Of a stretch of 64,000 nt of DNA, positions 46,807 to 56,316 are shown in pieces. The position numbers and the translations under genes were made by a program. Numbering within the stretch: position 1 is the stretch's first letter; each line of letters begins with the position of its first letter. Location: contig VXQZ01000033.1 in NCBI GenBank assembly GCA_009838735.1, positions 50,826-114,825 of the forward strand. The letters run 5' to 3'. The stretch is from Chloroflexota bacterium (GTDB lineage Bacteria > Chloroflexota > Dehalococcoidia > Bin125). The notes under the pieces are model-generated. The model saw nothing but the letters and a program-made list of their open reading frames with translations, was not told the origin of the DNA and did not search any database.

Positions 46807-47835
46807 ATGTCAAACCCACGCCGTTTCCTCGTTACGTCGAGTGTGCACAAGTCGTTGACGAATCGGCGATTGCTGGTTGTCGCTGCAGCGACCGCTTTGC
46901 TCTTGAGCGGATCGGCGTGCGGCAACGGTTCGGATGAGCTGCAACAATCGTCGCAACGCGAGACTGACGCCTGGGCGGTTGCCCAGCCTGATCCGGCGGC
47001 CCGGTGGTTACCGATTCTGGCGACGCAGGATCTTGCCGTCGGGGTGAAACGGATTGCGTTCAGCCTGGATGGACTGGGGCCCGACGACACACCACCCACG
47101 GTTCGGGTGTCGCTGTTCGCGCTCGACGCCGACCGCCAATCGCCGCGAACGGTCCAGTACGCCAGGTTCATCGCCTATGACCCGAAGATCGGTATTGCGC
47201 CGCACGGGCACGCCAATGCGACGGTTTCCGATCGCTCGTTGCCGATCGGCCGCGGGGTCTATGTCGTGCCGGTCCGATTCACATCGGCCGGGCTCTGGGG
47301 CGTGCTGCTTGAGATGGCTGTGGATGATGTCCAGGAGTCGGTGCGACTGCGATTCTCTGTTCGCGATCGGCAGGCTGCTCCGTCGGTGGGTGACCGCGCT
47401 CCATCCGTCGATTCTCGCACTCGAGATGACGTGGCGGCGCTGTCGGAATTGACATCTGATCCGGATCCTGAGCCTGGGTTGTATGCGTCGTCAATCTCCG
47501 AAGCGTTAACTGACGGCCAACCGCTGGTCGTTGCCTTTGCGACGCCTGCCTTCTGCCATTCGCGGACGTGCGCTCCGGTCCTGGAGGCGGTCAAGGTGGT
47601 CTGGCGCGAGTTGTCCTCCGAGGTGACGGGGATTCACATTGAAGTGTTTGAGAATCCGGGCGAGCCGGAACGGCTGGTTGAGGCAGAGGCGTTTGTCGCC
47701 TGGCGCCTGCCCTCCGAGCCGTGGGTCTTTGTCATCGATCGAGATGGCGTGATTCGATACGCCTTCGAGGGGGCGGTGACCGAGGAGGAGTTGCGTTCCG
47801 CGGTCGAGTGGGTTGTGCAGGACGGGTCGGACTGA
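46807..47835 (+). CDS. Lipoprotein with C-terminal thioredoxin-fold (TlpA/redoxin-like) domain
   Basis: Signal peptide with lipobox LLSGSAC; VVAFATPAFCHSRTCAP Cys pair. Confidence 0.6.
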   Translation: MSNPRRFLVTSSVHKSLTNRRLLVVAAATALLLSGSACGNGSDELQQSSQRETDAWAVAQPDPAARWLPILATQDLAVGVKRIAFSLDGLGPDDTPPTVRVSLFALDADRQSPRTVQYARFIAYDPKIGIAPHGHANATVSDRSLPIGRGVYVVPVRFTSAGLWGVLLEMAVDDVQESVRLRFSVRDRQAAPSVGDRAPSVDSRTRDDVAALSELTSDPDPEPGLYASSISEALTDGQPLVVAFATPAFCHSRTCAPVLEAVKVVWRELSSEVTGIHIEVFENPGEPERLVEAEAFVAWRLPSEPWVFVIDRDGVIRYAFEGAVTEEELRSAVEWVVQDGSD

Positions 47836-47888
47836 ACGTTAGGCTGGTAGCAAGGCGAGAGCGAGGATGGGCGAGAGCGAGGATCGGC

Positions 47889-48755
47889 ATGGCGCTGGCG
47901 AGTTCGGAGCGAGCTCAGATTCGGCAGCAATTTGCGGCCATTGAGGGTCCGCTGAAGCTCGAGTACTACCACCAGAGCCCTCGCCGCGTGATGGTTCCCG
48001 GTCGGCCTGACAAGCCAAGTTGCGTGCTGGCCAAAGAGCTGTACGAGGAGATAGCCGACCTGTCCGATCAGATCTCGTTGACGGTCTTCGAGCACGAGGA
48101 ATCCGAGGAGCAGGTTTCGCGGCGCGACATCGTTGACGTGCCATGCGTCCTGATTCGCGGTGAATTGAATCGCCCGCTGCGCTTCTATGGCGCTCCGAAC
48201 GGACACCTGCTGGTCGCGATGATCCGGGCCATGGTGCTGGCCGCCACGCGTCAATCGAAACCGTCGGTCAAGATGAAGCGGATCCTGGGCAAGTTGCGTC
48301 GTCCGACGCGGCTGCGGTTACTCGGCTCGGCAGATGATCCGATGGCCGGTCAGGCGGCGTTGGCTGCCTGCGCCGCAACCTTGCTGTCGCCCAAGCTGCA
48401 AGCCGATGTGTTCGCAATTGAGGAGTTTGCGGAGATTGGCGCACGCTCAGGCGTGACGGCGCTGCCGGCGTTGTTCATTGACGATCAGCTGTTCGCGGAG
48501 GGACTGGTGGAGCCGTTCGAGCTGGTCGAGTTCATCGGTGTGTGGCAGTCCAATCCTGAGAAAGCGCAGCTGAATCCTCCGCCAACTCAACCAGGCTCTG
48601 CGACTCCCTGGCGCCCGCCCCAACCCCCTCCCCAGCGGCGAGAACCGGCGGCGATCGATCCGATCGCAGCGGCGGCCGGCCGAGCGCGTGAGGCGGCGGT
48701 CACGCCCGAGGGCATGCGGCGCACATCGGGCGGCCTGATCGTCCCGAATCGGTAG
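47889..48755 (+). CDS. Two-domain thioredoxin-fold protein (protein-disulfide-oxidoreductase-like) with Pro-rich C-terminus
   Basis: 289 aa; VDVPCVLIRGE and thioredoxin-like repeats; a 17-nt tandem duplication (47854-47887) abuts the RBS. Confidence 0.55.
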   Translation: MALASSERAQIRQQFAAIEGPLKLEYYHQSPRRVMVPGRPDKPSCVLAKELYEEIADLSDQISLTVFEHEESEEQVSRRDIVDVPCVLIRGELNRPLRFYGAPNGHLLVAMIRAMVLAATRQSKPSVKMKRILGKLRRPTRLRLLGSADDPMAGQAALAACAATLLSPKLQADVFAIEEFAEIGARSGVTALPALFIDDQLFAEGLVEPFELVEFIGVWQSNPEKAQLNPPPTQPGSATPWRPPQPPPQRREPAAIDPIAAAAGRAREAAVTPEGMRRTSGGLIVPNR

Positions 48756-48847
48756 TACGCTGAGCGCATCCGAGGCATCGGTGCTGCAAGCGACGAGTTG
48801 CCCGCAGCCAGTGCGGGTCTGACGACGATTTGGTACGGAGATGCGTT

Positions 48848-49985
48848 GTGGCTGATGTTGACGAATTGCGCGGCTCGCTTGAAGAGATGTCGGAGCAGCT
48901 AAGCGACGTCCTGGAGCGTCTTTGACCTGCCAGCGATCGAGGCCGAAGCAGCGCGGTTGGAGTCGGACTCAACGGCGCCGAGTTTCTGGGACGACTCCGA
49001 GCGCGCGCGCGCCGTGATGAAGCGTCTGGCTACGCGTCAGCGCACGATCGAGGTCTGGCGCGGCCTGGAAGCGCGCGTCGACGAGTCCGTTGAACTGCTC
49101 GAATTGGCGGATGACGATGAGCTTGCGGCCGACCTGGCTCAAGAGGCGCTGTCGATCGGCGAGGAGATCGAGCGGCGGTCGTTCGAGTTGGCCTTCTCCG
49201 GACCATATGACGATCGGTCTGCCGTGATCTCGATCTATGCAGGCTCGGGCGGGATCGACTCACAGGACTGGACCGAAATGCTGCTGCGCATGTATCAGCG
49301 CTGGGCGGAGCGGGCCGGCTTTGACGTCGACCTCGTCGACCTGGTCGAGGGTGAAGAGGCCGGTTTGAAATCGGCGATGCTCGAAGTACGCGGCGATGCA
49401 GAAGGCGGCGGAGCCTATGGCTGGCTGCGGGCGGAGCACGGCGTCCATCGGCTGGTGCGGATTTCGCCGTTCGACCAGAACCACGCTCGGCACACCTCGT
49501 TCGCGCGAGTCGAGATCATGCCGGAAACCGAGGGCGCGGCCGAAGTCGAGATCGATGACGACGACATCAAGATCGACGTATACCGCGCCTCGGGCAACGG
49601 CGGCCAGAATGTGCAGAAGAACTCGACGGCGGTACGCATCACGCACCTGCCTACCGGATTCGTGGTGAGCTGCCAGAACGAACGATCGCTGCGGCGCAAC
49701 CGTGAATCGGCGATGCGCGTGTTGGAAGCGCGGCTGCTGATGCTGGAGGAACAGAAGCGCGAGGAAGAGCGCCTGGCGATTCGCGGCGAGCATATCGAGG
49801 CGGGCTGGGGCAATCAGATCCGCTCCTACGTGCTGCAACCCTATCGAATGGTGAAGGACCTGCGCACGCTGCACGAGACATCGGACGCCGACCGGGTGCT
49901 TGACGGTGAGATTGACGAGTTCCTGCGCGCGTCGCTGCAGCATCAAATCGGCCAGCAGTCTCAACCAGAAGAGGCGCTGGCATGA
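48848..49985 (+). CDS. prfB: Peptide chain release factor 2, requiring a programmed +1 ribosomal frameshift (join 48848..48922, 48924..49985)
   Basis: Frame 0: GTG then 25 codons ending L E R L then TGA (CTT TGA C at 48920-48926); the +1 frame continues DLPAIEAEAARLESDSTAPSFWDD...; SPF tripeptide and GGQ motif present; GGAG 3 nt upstream of CTT. Confidence 0.9.
48913..48925 (+). promoter_or_regulatory. prfB autoregulatory frameshift cassette: internal SD-like GGAG, 3-nt spacer, CTT TGA
   Basis: ggagcgtctttga read in sequence; matches the canonical RF2 recoding site architecture. Confidence 0.85.
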
Positions 49986-51502
49986 GGCGAGGCGTCCTGC
50001 CGTCGGTCTTCGCCGTGCTGGTCGCAGGGATCGCGTTGCTGTCTGGCAGTCTGGGAGCGTCCGCACCGGCCGGCGCGCAGTCGGTCGAGGAGGGCCCGGT
50101 CGTCCAGGGCACTCGATTCGAGAATTCGTGGCCCGACTCCGTGGTTGTGACGGCTCTGGTCGACGACGCGGCGGAGGTTGAGTCCGTCACCTTCCTGTAC
50201 ACGATTCTGCCGGAGGGCGCTTTGACTCGTGAGGCGGCCGAGATCAACCAGGGCGACGTGACCCGCATTCGCGCGGAGTTTCCGACGCGCAATCCCCAGT
50301 TGTGGATTCCCGCCGGGGCCGACTTTGAATGGCGCTGGGAGTTCGTCTTTGAGTCGGGTGAGAAGTTTGAAACCGAGCCGGAGATCTGGCGGTATGAGGA
50401 TCCCCGATTCGAGTGGCAATCACTGAAGGAGGGCGATCTGGAGGTCGTCTGGTACGACGACCGAGGTGTCGCCGAAACGATGTTGCGGGAAGGGCTGTCG
50501 GCGCTGGAAGAGATCTCGCCGTTCCTGGGTCTGCAAGAACTGATTCCGATCAAGATCTATGTCTGGGCCAACACGGGAGACGCCCGCGAGGTCGAGCGGA
50601 TTGAATCGGAGCGGTTTGAGGAATCGGTGATCACGGGGGGCACTCGCGTGCTGGCCGATCTGGTGCACATCTATCAGCCTTCGCGATGGGTCGTCCGACA
50701 CGAGCTGACCCACGTGCTGACGAAGCTGGCCGGCGAGGGTCCCTACGGAGACCTTCCGGCCTGGCTCGACGAAGGCATGGCGACCCTGGCTGAGGGAGAC
50801 TGGCTCGAGCGGCGGGGCGGCGCCCTGCAGTTCGCGATCAACAACGACCAGGTGCTGTCCCTGCGGAGCATGGAATCGCCGTCCAATCTGCCCGGATTCG
50901 TCGACATTTTCTATGGCCAATCAGCGGCGATCGTGCTGTATCTGTTGGGCGAATACGGCAACGAGAAGATGAACGAGCTGTTCGCCACGTTCAAAGAGGG
51001 GTCGTCGGTCGAAGACGCGCTGAACAAGGTCTACGGACTGAGTCGCGACGAACTGGATAACGACTGGCGCGAATCTGTCGGGCTGGGGCCACGGGAAGTT
51101 GGGGAGGACCGCTCGACGGAGATCGAGGATGAGGTAATCGCCGGTCCGGAGGTGGCGGAAGACGAACAGTCGGAGATGGACAGTGCCGACGGCCGGACCG
51201 ACCGGACTGACCGAGAGGCGCCTGCCGACAGCGACGACGATCGAGACGCCGCAGAGCAGGCGGCGCAATCATCGCAGCAAGACGAATCCGAGTCGGAGCA
51301 GGCATCCGACAGCCGGAGCGAGGCAGAGGTTGCGGAACGCACCGATGAGATTCAGCGCCGCCAGGATCAGCGTCGATCGGGTCCGGTCTTTGAGGCTCCG
51401 GCGCCATTCCCGTGGGAGTATCCACTGATCGGCGTGGCGGGCGCGCTCGTGCTGCTCAGCGGTCTGTTGCTGGTCCGAGTGTTGACGCCGCGTCGGGACT
51501 GA
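49982..51502 (+). CDS. Membrane-anchored peptidase_MA-like zinc metalloprotease (HExxH) with acidic low-complexity linker
   Basis: Signal peptide; VRHELTHVL zinc motif; D/E/S-rich stretch; C-terminal TM helix. Confidence 0.7.
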   Translation: MRRGVLPSVFAVLVAGIALLSGSLGASAPAGAQSVEEGPVVQGTRFENSWPDSVVVTALVDDAAEVESVTFLYTILPEGALTREAAEINQGDVTRIRAEFPTRNPQLWIPAGADFEWRWEFVFESGEKFETEPEIWRYEDPRFEWQSLKEGDLEVVWYDDRGVAETMLREGLSALEEISPFLGLQELIPIKIYVWANTGDAREVERIESERFEESVITGGTRVLADLVHIYQPSRWVVRHELTHVLTKLAGEGPYGDLPAWLDEGMATLAEGDWLERRGGALQFAINNDQVLSLRSMESPSNLPGFVDIFYGQSAAIVLYLLGEYGNEKMNELFATFKEGSSVEDALNKVYGLSRDELDNDWRESVGLGPREVGEDRSTEIEDEVIAGPEVAEDEQSEMDSADGRTDRTDREAPADSDDDRDAAEQAAQSSQQDESESEQASDSRSEAEVAERTDEIQRRQDQRRSGPVFEAPAPFPWEYPLIGVAGALVLLSGLLLVRVLTPRRD

Positions 51503-51629
51503 GTCGACTCTCGGTGCGACCAACGGCGCCGGCTGCGATGATCGCGCAGCACTCCACCCAATTCTCCGGGCGTCGGTGGTGGTTCGGCGCTACGCCTGCA
51601 ATGTCGGTGTGGGAGGCGACCGGTGTTCG

Positions 51630-52526
51630 CTAACGCTGCTGCGATATGCGGGCGGCTCGCGTGACGTTGTTGAGCAGCATCGCCACTGTCATTGGACCAA
51701 CACCTCCAGGCACAGGTGTGATTGCCGATGCGACAGTTGAGACCGACTCGAAATCAACGTCACCAACCAGCCGATAGCCGCGTTTGCGGGTCGCGTCTTC
51801 GACGCGGTTGACGCCAACGTCGATGACGGTCGCGCCGGGGCGGACCATTTCCGAAGTGATGGTGTGCGGCCGGCCCGTCGCGGCGACGAGGATGTCAGCT
51901 TCTCTGGTGATCGCAGGCAGATCGGTGGTGTTGGTGTGACAAAGGGTCACCGTCGCGTTGGCGCCCTGACGTTTCTGTGAGAGCATCGCAGCCAGCGGCA
52001 TGCCGACCAGCCGGCTGCGTCCCACAATCGCCACGCGCTTGCCGCCCGGATCGGCGCCACTGCGGACCAAGAGTTGCTGCACGCCGTGCGGCGTTGCCGG
52101 CAAATATCGCTCGCGGCCCTGGAGGATGCGTCCCTGATTGATTGGGTGCAGACCATCGACATCCTTGAGCGGATCGATCCGATCAAGAAGAGCATCAGGG
52201 TCGACCCCATCAGGCAGCGGCAGCTGCACGATGACGCCGTGTACATCCGGATCGGCGTTGAGCAGGTCAATGCGGTCACGGACTCGGCGCTCGGTCTGCT
52301 GCGGATCGGCGTCGGCTTCGATCTTATGGATGACGACCTTGATCCCGGTCTCCTGACCGGCGCGCTGTTTGCCTGTGACATAGGAGGCGGAAGCGGGATT
52401 CTGACCGACCAGGATGACAGCGAGGTGAGGCAGCAATCCTCGAGCGATCATGTCCTCCACCTGCCGCGTCAGCGCCTCGCGAATGCCGGCGGCTATGGCA
52501 GCGCCATCAATGATCGTGGCCGTCAT
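51630..52526 (-). CDS. folD: Bifunctional methylenetetrahydrofolate dehydrogenase/methenyltetrahydrofolate cyclohydrolase
   Basis: 298 aa; conserved YVTGKQRA and NAD(P) GRS motifs. Confidence 0.95.
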   Translation of the reverse strand: MTATIIDGAAIAAGIREALTRQVEDMIARGLLPHLAVILVGQNPASASYVTGKQRAGQETGIKVVIHKIEADADPQQTERRVRDRIDLLNADPDVHGVIVQLPLPDGVDPDALLDRIDPLKDVDGLHPINQGRILQGRERYLPATPHGVQQLLVRSGADPGGKRVAIVGRSRLVGMPLAAMLSQKRQGANATVTLCHTNTTDLPAITREADILVAATGRPHTITSEMVRPGATVIDVGVNRVEDATRKRGYRLVGDVDFESVSTVASAITPVPGGVGPMTVAMLLNNVTRAARISQQR

Positions 52527-52600
52527 GCGCTCAGGGTAAGTCAGAGGCGGGGGCCGAAATGTCGCCTGGTTGCTCGAGCGCGTTGATAGGCTGCGAATCG

Positions 52601-52987
52601 ATGTTCGGCGACCTGACCTGCGGCGTAGACCTGCTGCTGATAGAGCGGTTTGAGAGCGTGCTCAATCGGCACCCCGAGCGTTTTCCTCAACGCATCCTGA
52701 CCGACCGGGAGCGCGAATATTGCGGCGACCGAATCGCCGAAATGGCGGTCCGCTTTGCCGGCAAGGAAGCCGTGATGAAGTGCCTGGGGACCGGGGTTCG
52801 CGGCGTCAAGTGGAAGGAAATCGAGATCCTGGCCAATGCTCGGGGCAAGCCGGTCGTGATACTGCACGGCGGCGCGAGGGAACGAGCCCATGAGATCGGT
52901 CTGGAGCGGATCGAGATTAGCCTGACCCACGAAACACATATGGTCTGCGCGTTCGCCGTAGGACAACCGAAGTTGGGCACCCGATAG
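52601..52987 (+). CDS. acpS: Holo-[acyl-carrier-protein] synthase
   Basis: GVDLLLIERFE ... GKEAVMKCLGTG; start placed at the ATG giving a canonical N-terminus (the ORF-track start is 14 aa longer). Confidence 0.85.
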   Translation: MFGDLTCGVDLLLIERFESVLNRHPERFPQRILTDREREYCGDRIAEMAVRFAGKEAVMKCLGTGVRGVKWKEIEILANARGKPVVILHGGARERAHEIGLERIEISLTHETHMVCAFAVGQPKLGTR

Positions 52988-52998
52988 GGAGAGGGACG

Positions 52999-54684
52999 AT
53001 GAAACTGTTGACGTCGGCGGAGATGCGAGAGCTGGAATCGCGAGCGGAGGCGGCCGGCGTCTCGACCGACACCCTGATGGAGAACGCCGGTCTCGCGGTC
53101 GCGCAAGAGATCTGGATGCAACTCGGCTCGCTTGAGGACCGGCGCATCGCCGTGCTGGTCGGGCCGGGCAACAACGGCGGCGACGGCCTGGTCGCGGCGC
53201 GTCACCTGTTCGAGTGGGGGGCGCAGGTCCGCGTCTACGCACTTCGGGAGCGCAGTGACAGCCAGTGGACTCAAACCGTCGAGCTGGGCGTGCCCTGCGG
53301 CACGGTCGCCGAAGACGAGAACTTCGAAGCGCTCGAGGGGCTGCTGACCGGCGCGGAAGCGATCGTCGATGCGTTGCTGGGGATCGGTTCGTCGCGGCCG
53401 ATCGAGGGCGATCTGGCCGGGATCATGCAGCGACTCGCCGCAATTCGAACACGCACGGTCAAACCCAAGCTGGTTGCTGTTGACCTCCCGAGCGGTCTCG
53501 ACGCCGATAGCGGACGTCTCGATCCGTTGTCCGTCGCTGCCGACGAGACTGTCACCTTCCACGCACCGAAGGTGGGGTTGTACATGCAGCCCGGGGCGTC
53601 GGCGGCGGGATCGGTACAGCAGGTCGAGATCGGGATACCCGCCGGTTTGGACGACGATCTGCAGACCGAGGTGCTCGAGCGCCGCGCGGCCAAGTCATTG
53701 TTGCCGGATCGGCCGGCCGACGGGCACAAGGGAACATTCGGACGCGTGCTGGTGATTGCGGGGTCGGCGCGGTATCCGGGCGCGGCGGTCCTCTCCGCTC
53801 GTGGCGCTTATCGGGCGGGGGCCGGATTGGTTACGATTGCCACCCCCCAATCGATCGCTGCACACCTGGTTGCGGCCATACCGGAGGCGACCCTGCTGCC
53901 GCTGCCCGAGTACGACGACGGCGTGATTTCCGGGTTCGCCGCCTGGGAAGTCGTCCGAGACGAGTTGCCCGGTGTCGACTCCGTCGTGATCGGTTGCGGA
54001 TTCGGACGGCATGACCATAGCGGGAAGTTTGTACGAGAGTTCCTCGTTTCTCCCGAGGTCGGCTCGGTCAATGGCGTGGTGGTCGACGCAGATGGATTGA
54101 ATTTGCTCTCAACGGACATGTCGGGGCTGGCGAACGCGGTGGCGCCCATTGTGCTGACACCGCACCCCGGCGAAATGGGCACGCTGACTGGAATGGCGAC
54201 GGATGAAGTCCAAGGTCAGCGCCTGACGCTCACGCGCGATTGTGCGGCAGAGTGGAATTGCCACGTGGTGCTCAAAGGTGCGAACACCGTTGTGGCCACA
54301 CCGGACAATCGAGCACGGGTCTCGGAAGTCGCGCAGCCGGCCCTGGCCACCGCCGGTACCGGAGACGTACTGAGTGGAGCGATTGGCGCGCTGATTGCGC
54401 AGGGGCTGGATCCGTTCGATGCCGCCACACTGGGTGTCTATCTGCACGGCGATGCTGGAAACCGGGCAGCGCGGGCGCGAGGGACGATTGGAGTGACAGC
54501 GGGCGATGTCGCCGATCAGCTCGCGATGGCTGCACGATCGCTCGCCGGGGAAGAGCCGGTGGAGGCGCCGTCGTTCGGTGGTGGACTCGGGTTGGGCGGT
54601 GGAGACATGGGCGGCCTGGGTCAACCGGGCGGCGCCGGTGGACTGGGCGGCGGTCTTGAAGGATTGCTCGGCGGGCAGCAATGA
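52999..54684 (+). CDS. nnr: Bifunctional NAD(P)H-hydrate repair enzyme (epimerase plus ADP-dependent dehydratase) with Gly-rich C-terminal tail
   Basis: VLVGPGNNGGDGLVAARHL (YjeF-N) and a carbohydrate-kinase-like YjeF-C domain; last ~45 aa are GGLGLGGG low complexity. Confidence 0.9.
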   Translation: MKLLTSAEMRELESRAEAAGVSTDTLMENAGLAVAQEIWMQLGSLEDRRIAVLVGPGNNGGDGLVAARHLFEWGAQVRVYALRERSDSQWTQTVELGVPCGTVAEDENFEALEGLLTGAEAIVDALLGIGSSRPIEGDLAGIMQRLAAIRTRTVKPKLVAVDLPSGLDADSGRLDPLSVAADETVTFHAPKVGLYMQPGASAAGSVQQVEIGIPAGLDDDLQTEVLERRAAKSLLPDRPADGHKGTFGRVLVIAGSARYPGAAVLSARGAYRAGAGLVTIATPQSIAAHLVAAIPEATLLPLPEYDDGVISGFAAWEVVRDELPGVDSVVIGCGFGRHDHSGKFVREFLVSPEVGSVNGVVVDADGLNLLSTDMSGLANAVAPIVLTPHPGEMGTLTGMATDEVQGQRLTLTRDCAAEWNCHVVLKGANTVVATPDNRARVSEVAQPALATAGTGDVLSGAIGALIAQGLDPFDAATLGVYLHGDAGNRAARARGTIGVTAGDVADQLAMAARSLAGEEPVEAPSFGGGLGLGGGDMGGLGQPGGAGGLGGGLEGLLGGQQ

Positions 54685-54729
54685 CACTGAGTTGGACTGA
54701 TCTGTAGCCTTGATTGAGGAGGCCGCGAG

Positions 54730-55368
54730 ATGGTCACGACGGAGGCTCAGACGCCTACGGTCCAGGAGACGGAGATCGATCCGGACGGATTGCCCGCACC
54801 ATTCAGGCTGAAGTTGCCGACAGATTGGGCTCTGTCGGACGAGGCGCTGATCGCCCTGTCCGACCTCAATGAACCCTGGCAGTTGGAACTGACCGCCAAC
54901 GGAGAGCTGGTGATCATGGCGCCGGAGGGTCCGGAAAGCAGCGAGCGGGCCAGCGAGATTGGCGCGGACGTAGCGATTTGGAACCGGCTGGCCCGTGGAG
55001 GGCACGTCTTCGGTGCGCAGCTGGGAGTGCGCAACTACGATGACGGTTCACTGCGCGCGCCCGATGTCGCCTGGATGAGCAACGAAGGCTGGGATCAACG
55101 CGATCCCGAGCGAGGATTCCTCAGCAACTGCCCGGAATTCATTGTCGAGGTCGTGTCGCCGTCCAGTTCCTTCCGCCAGCAGCGGGAGAAGATGCTGGAA
55201 TGGATGAGCAAGGGCGCGCTCCTTGGCTGGCTCGTAGATCCGTTTAGAGAGATCGTCGTGATCTTTCGGCCTGACACCGAGCCCGAACAGCTTGACAGGC
55301 CGGACACCCTCAGCGGCGAGGATGTGTGCGAGGGGCTCGAAGTGAACCTTGAGCGCATTTGGAAGTAG
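54730..55368 (+). CDS. Uma2-family (DUF820) restriction-endonuclease-fold protein
   Basis: 212 aa with the conserved D ... E-x-K-like core (PDVAWM ... EFIVEVVSPSS). Confidence 0.75.
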   Translation: MVTTEAQTPTVQETEIDPDGLPAPFRLKLPTDWALSDEALIALSDLNEPWQLELTANGELVIMAPEGPESSERASEIGADVAIWNRLARGGHVFGAQLGVRNYDDGSLRAPDVAWMSNEGWDQRDPERGFLSNCPEFIVEVVSPSSSFRQQREKMLEWMSKGALLGWLVDPFREIVVIFRPDTEPEQLDRPDTLSGEDVCEGLEVNLERIWK

Positions 55369-55389
55369 CGAGAGCAGAGGAGCCTTGAC

Positions 55390-55716
55390 ATGTCGCGAGT
55401 GAGTTTCAACTGCACCATGCAGGAAGGCCAGGTCGGCGAGGAGATGCGTGCCAGGCTGGCCGTTGCTCTCCAGCAGATCACACAGGATGTACTCGGCGAG
55501 TCACCCGATGATGTCCCGGTCACCTTCAGCGACATCCCAAGAGGCTTCGGATTCCGCGGCGGCGAGCCGTCCACCACGTCACTGGTTCGCGGCAGCATCG
55601 TCGGCGGCATAACGCAGGACGTTCGCGAGGATTTCATGCGCCGAATCTGTGACAGGTGGATGGAAATCAGCGGCTGCACCGTCGACGAACTGGTGGTATC
55701 GGCTCGCGACGCATAA
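55390..55716 (+). CDS. Putative tautomerase-superfamily-like protein (no Pro1)
   Basis: 108 aa; two beta-alpha-beta units resembling the tautomerase fold; weak assignment. Confidence 0.4.
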   Translation: MSRVSFNCTMQEGQVGEEMRARLAVALQQITQDVLGESPDDVPVTFSDIPRGFGFRGGEPSTTSLVRGSIVGGITQDVREDFMRRICDRWMEISGCTVDELVVSARDA

Positions 55717-55767
55717 CGCTGTGGGCTAGCATGAGTTCGTACTCCGAGACGAGAGAGGAAGTCTGAG

Positions 55768-56163
55768 ATGCCGTATTACCGTTGCGTGGTCCCCAAGGAC
55801 TCGGTTCCCTACGAGCAACGAGCGGCGGTGGCCAAGGCGTTCACCGACATCCATTGCGGCAACACCGGCGCGCCGCGCAGCTTTGTCCACGTCGTGTTCG
55901 ACGAGGTCGACGACAGCTGGGACACGGCGTACTTCCTCGACGGCGGCAACCGCGCCGGACGCTCGGAAGAGGTCAAGGCGGAATTGCTGAGCGACCTGAT
56001 GGGCGCCTTCCGCGAGATCACCGGCGTGTCCTCGGAGGAATTCAGCGGACGGATCACCGAGGGTCCGGCGAAGTGGACGATGGAGGGTGGGATGGTCCTA
56101 CCCGAGCCGGGCGAAGAGACCGAGGAGTGGTACTCCCACGGTCAGGCCGCCGCCGGCGGATAA
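55768..56163 (+). CDS. Tautomerase family protein (Pro1, tandem beta-alpha-beta)
   Basis: Begins MPYYRC...; AAVAKAFTDIHCGNTGAPRSFVHVVFDEV resembles the 4-OT pattern. Confidence 0.55.
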   Translation: MPYYRCVVPKDSVPYEQRAAVAKAFTDIHCGNTGAPRSFVHVVFDEVDDSWDTAYFLDGGNRAGRSEEVKAELLSDLMGAFREITGVSSEEFSGRITEGPAKWTMEGGMVLPEPGEETEEWYSHGQAAAGG

Positions 56164-56316
56164 CGCCAACGACCGCGCGTCTCTCTGTTTTGAGCCGGAC
56201 CAACCGGCGGCGCTAGCCGTCCGTGCGGATCCGGCTCGCGCCGTGTCTTCACTCATTCGGGGACCCCAGGCCCAGTGACGGGGTAGGCTGAGAGCGCACT
56301 GAGCTTGGGGGACCAT

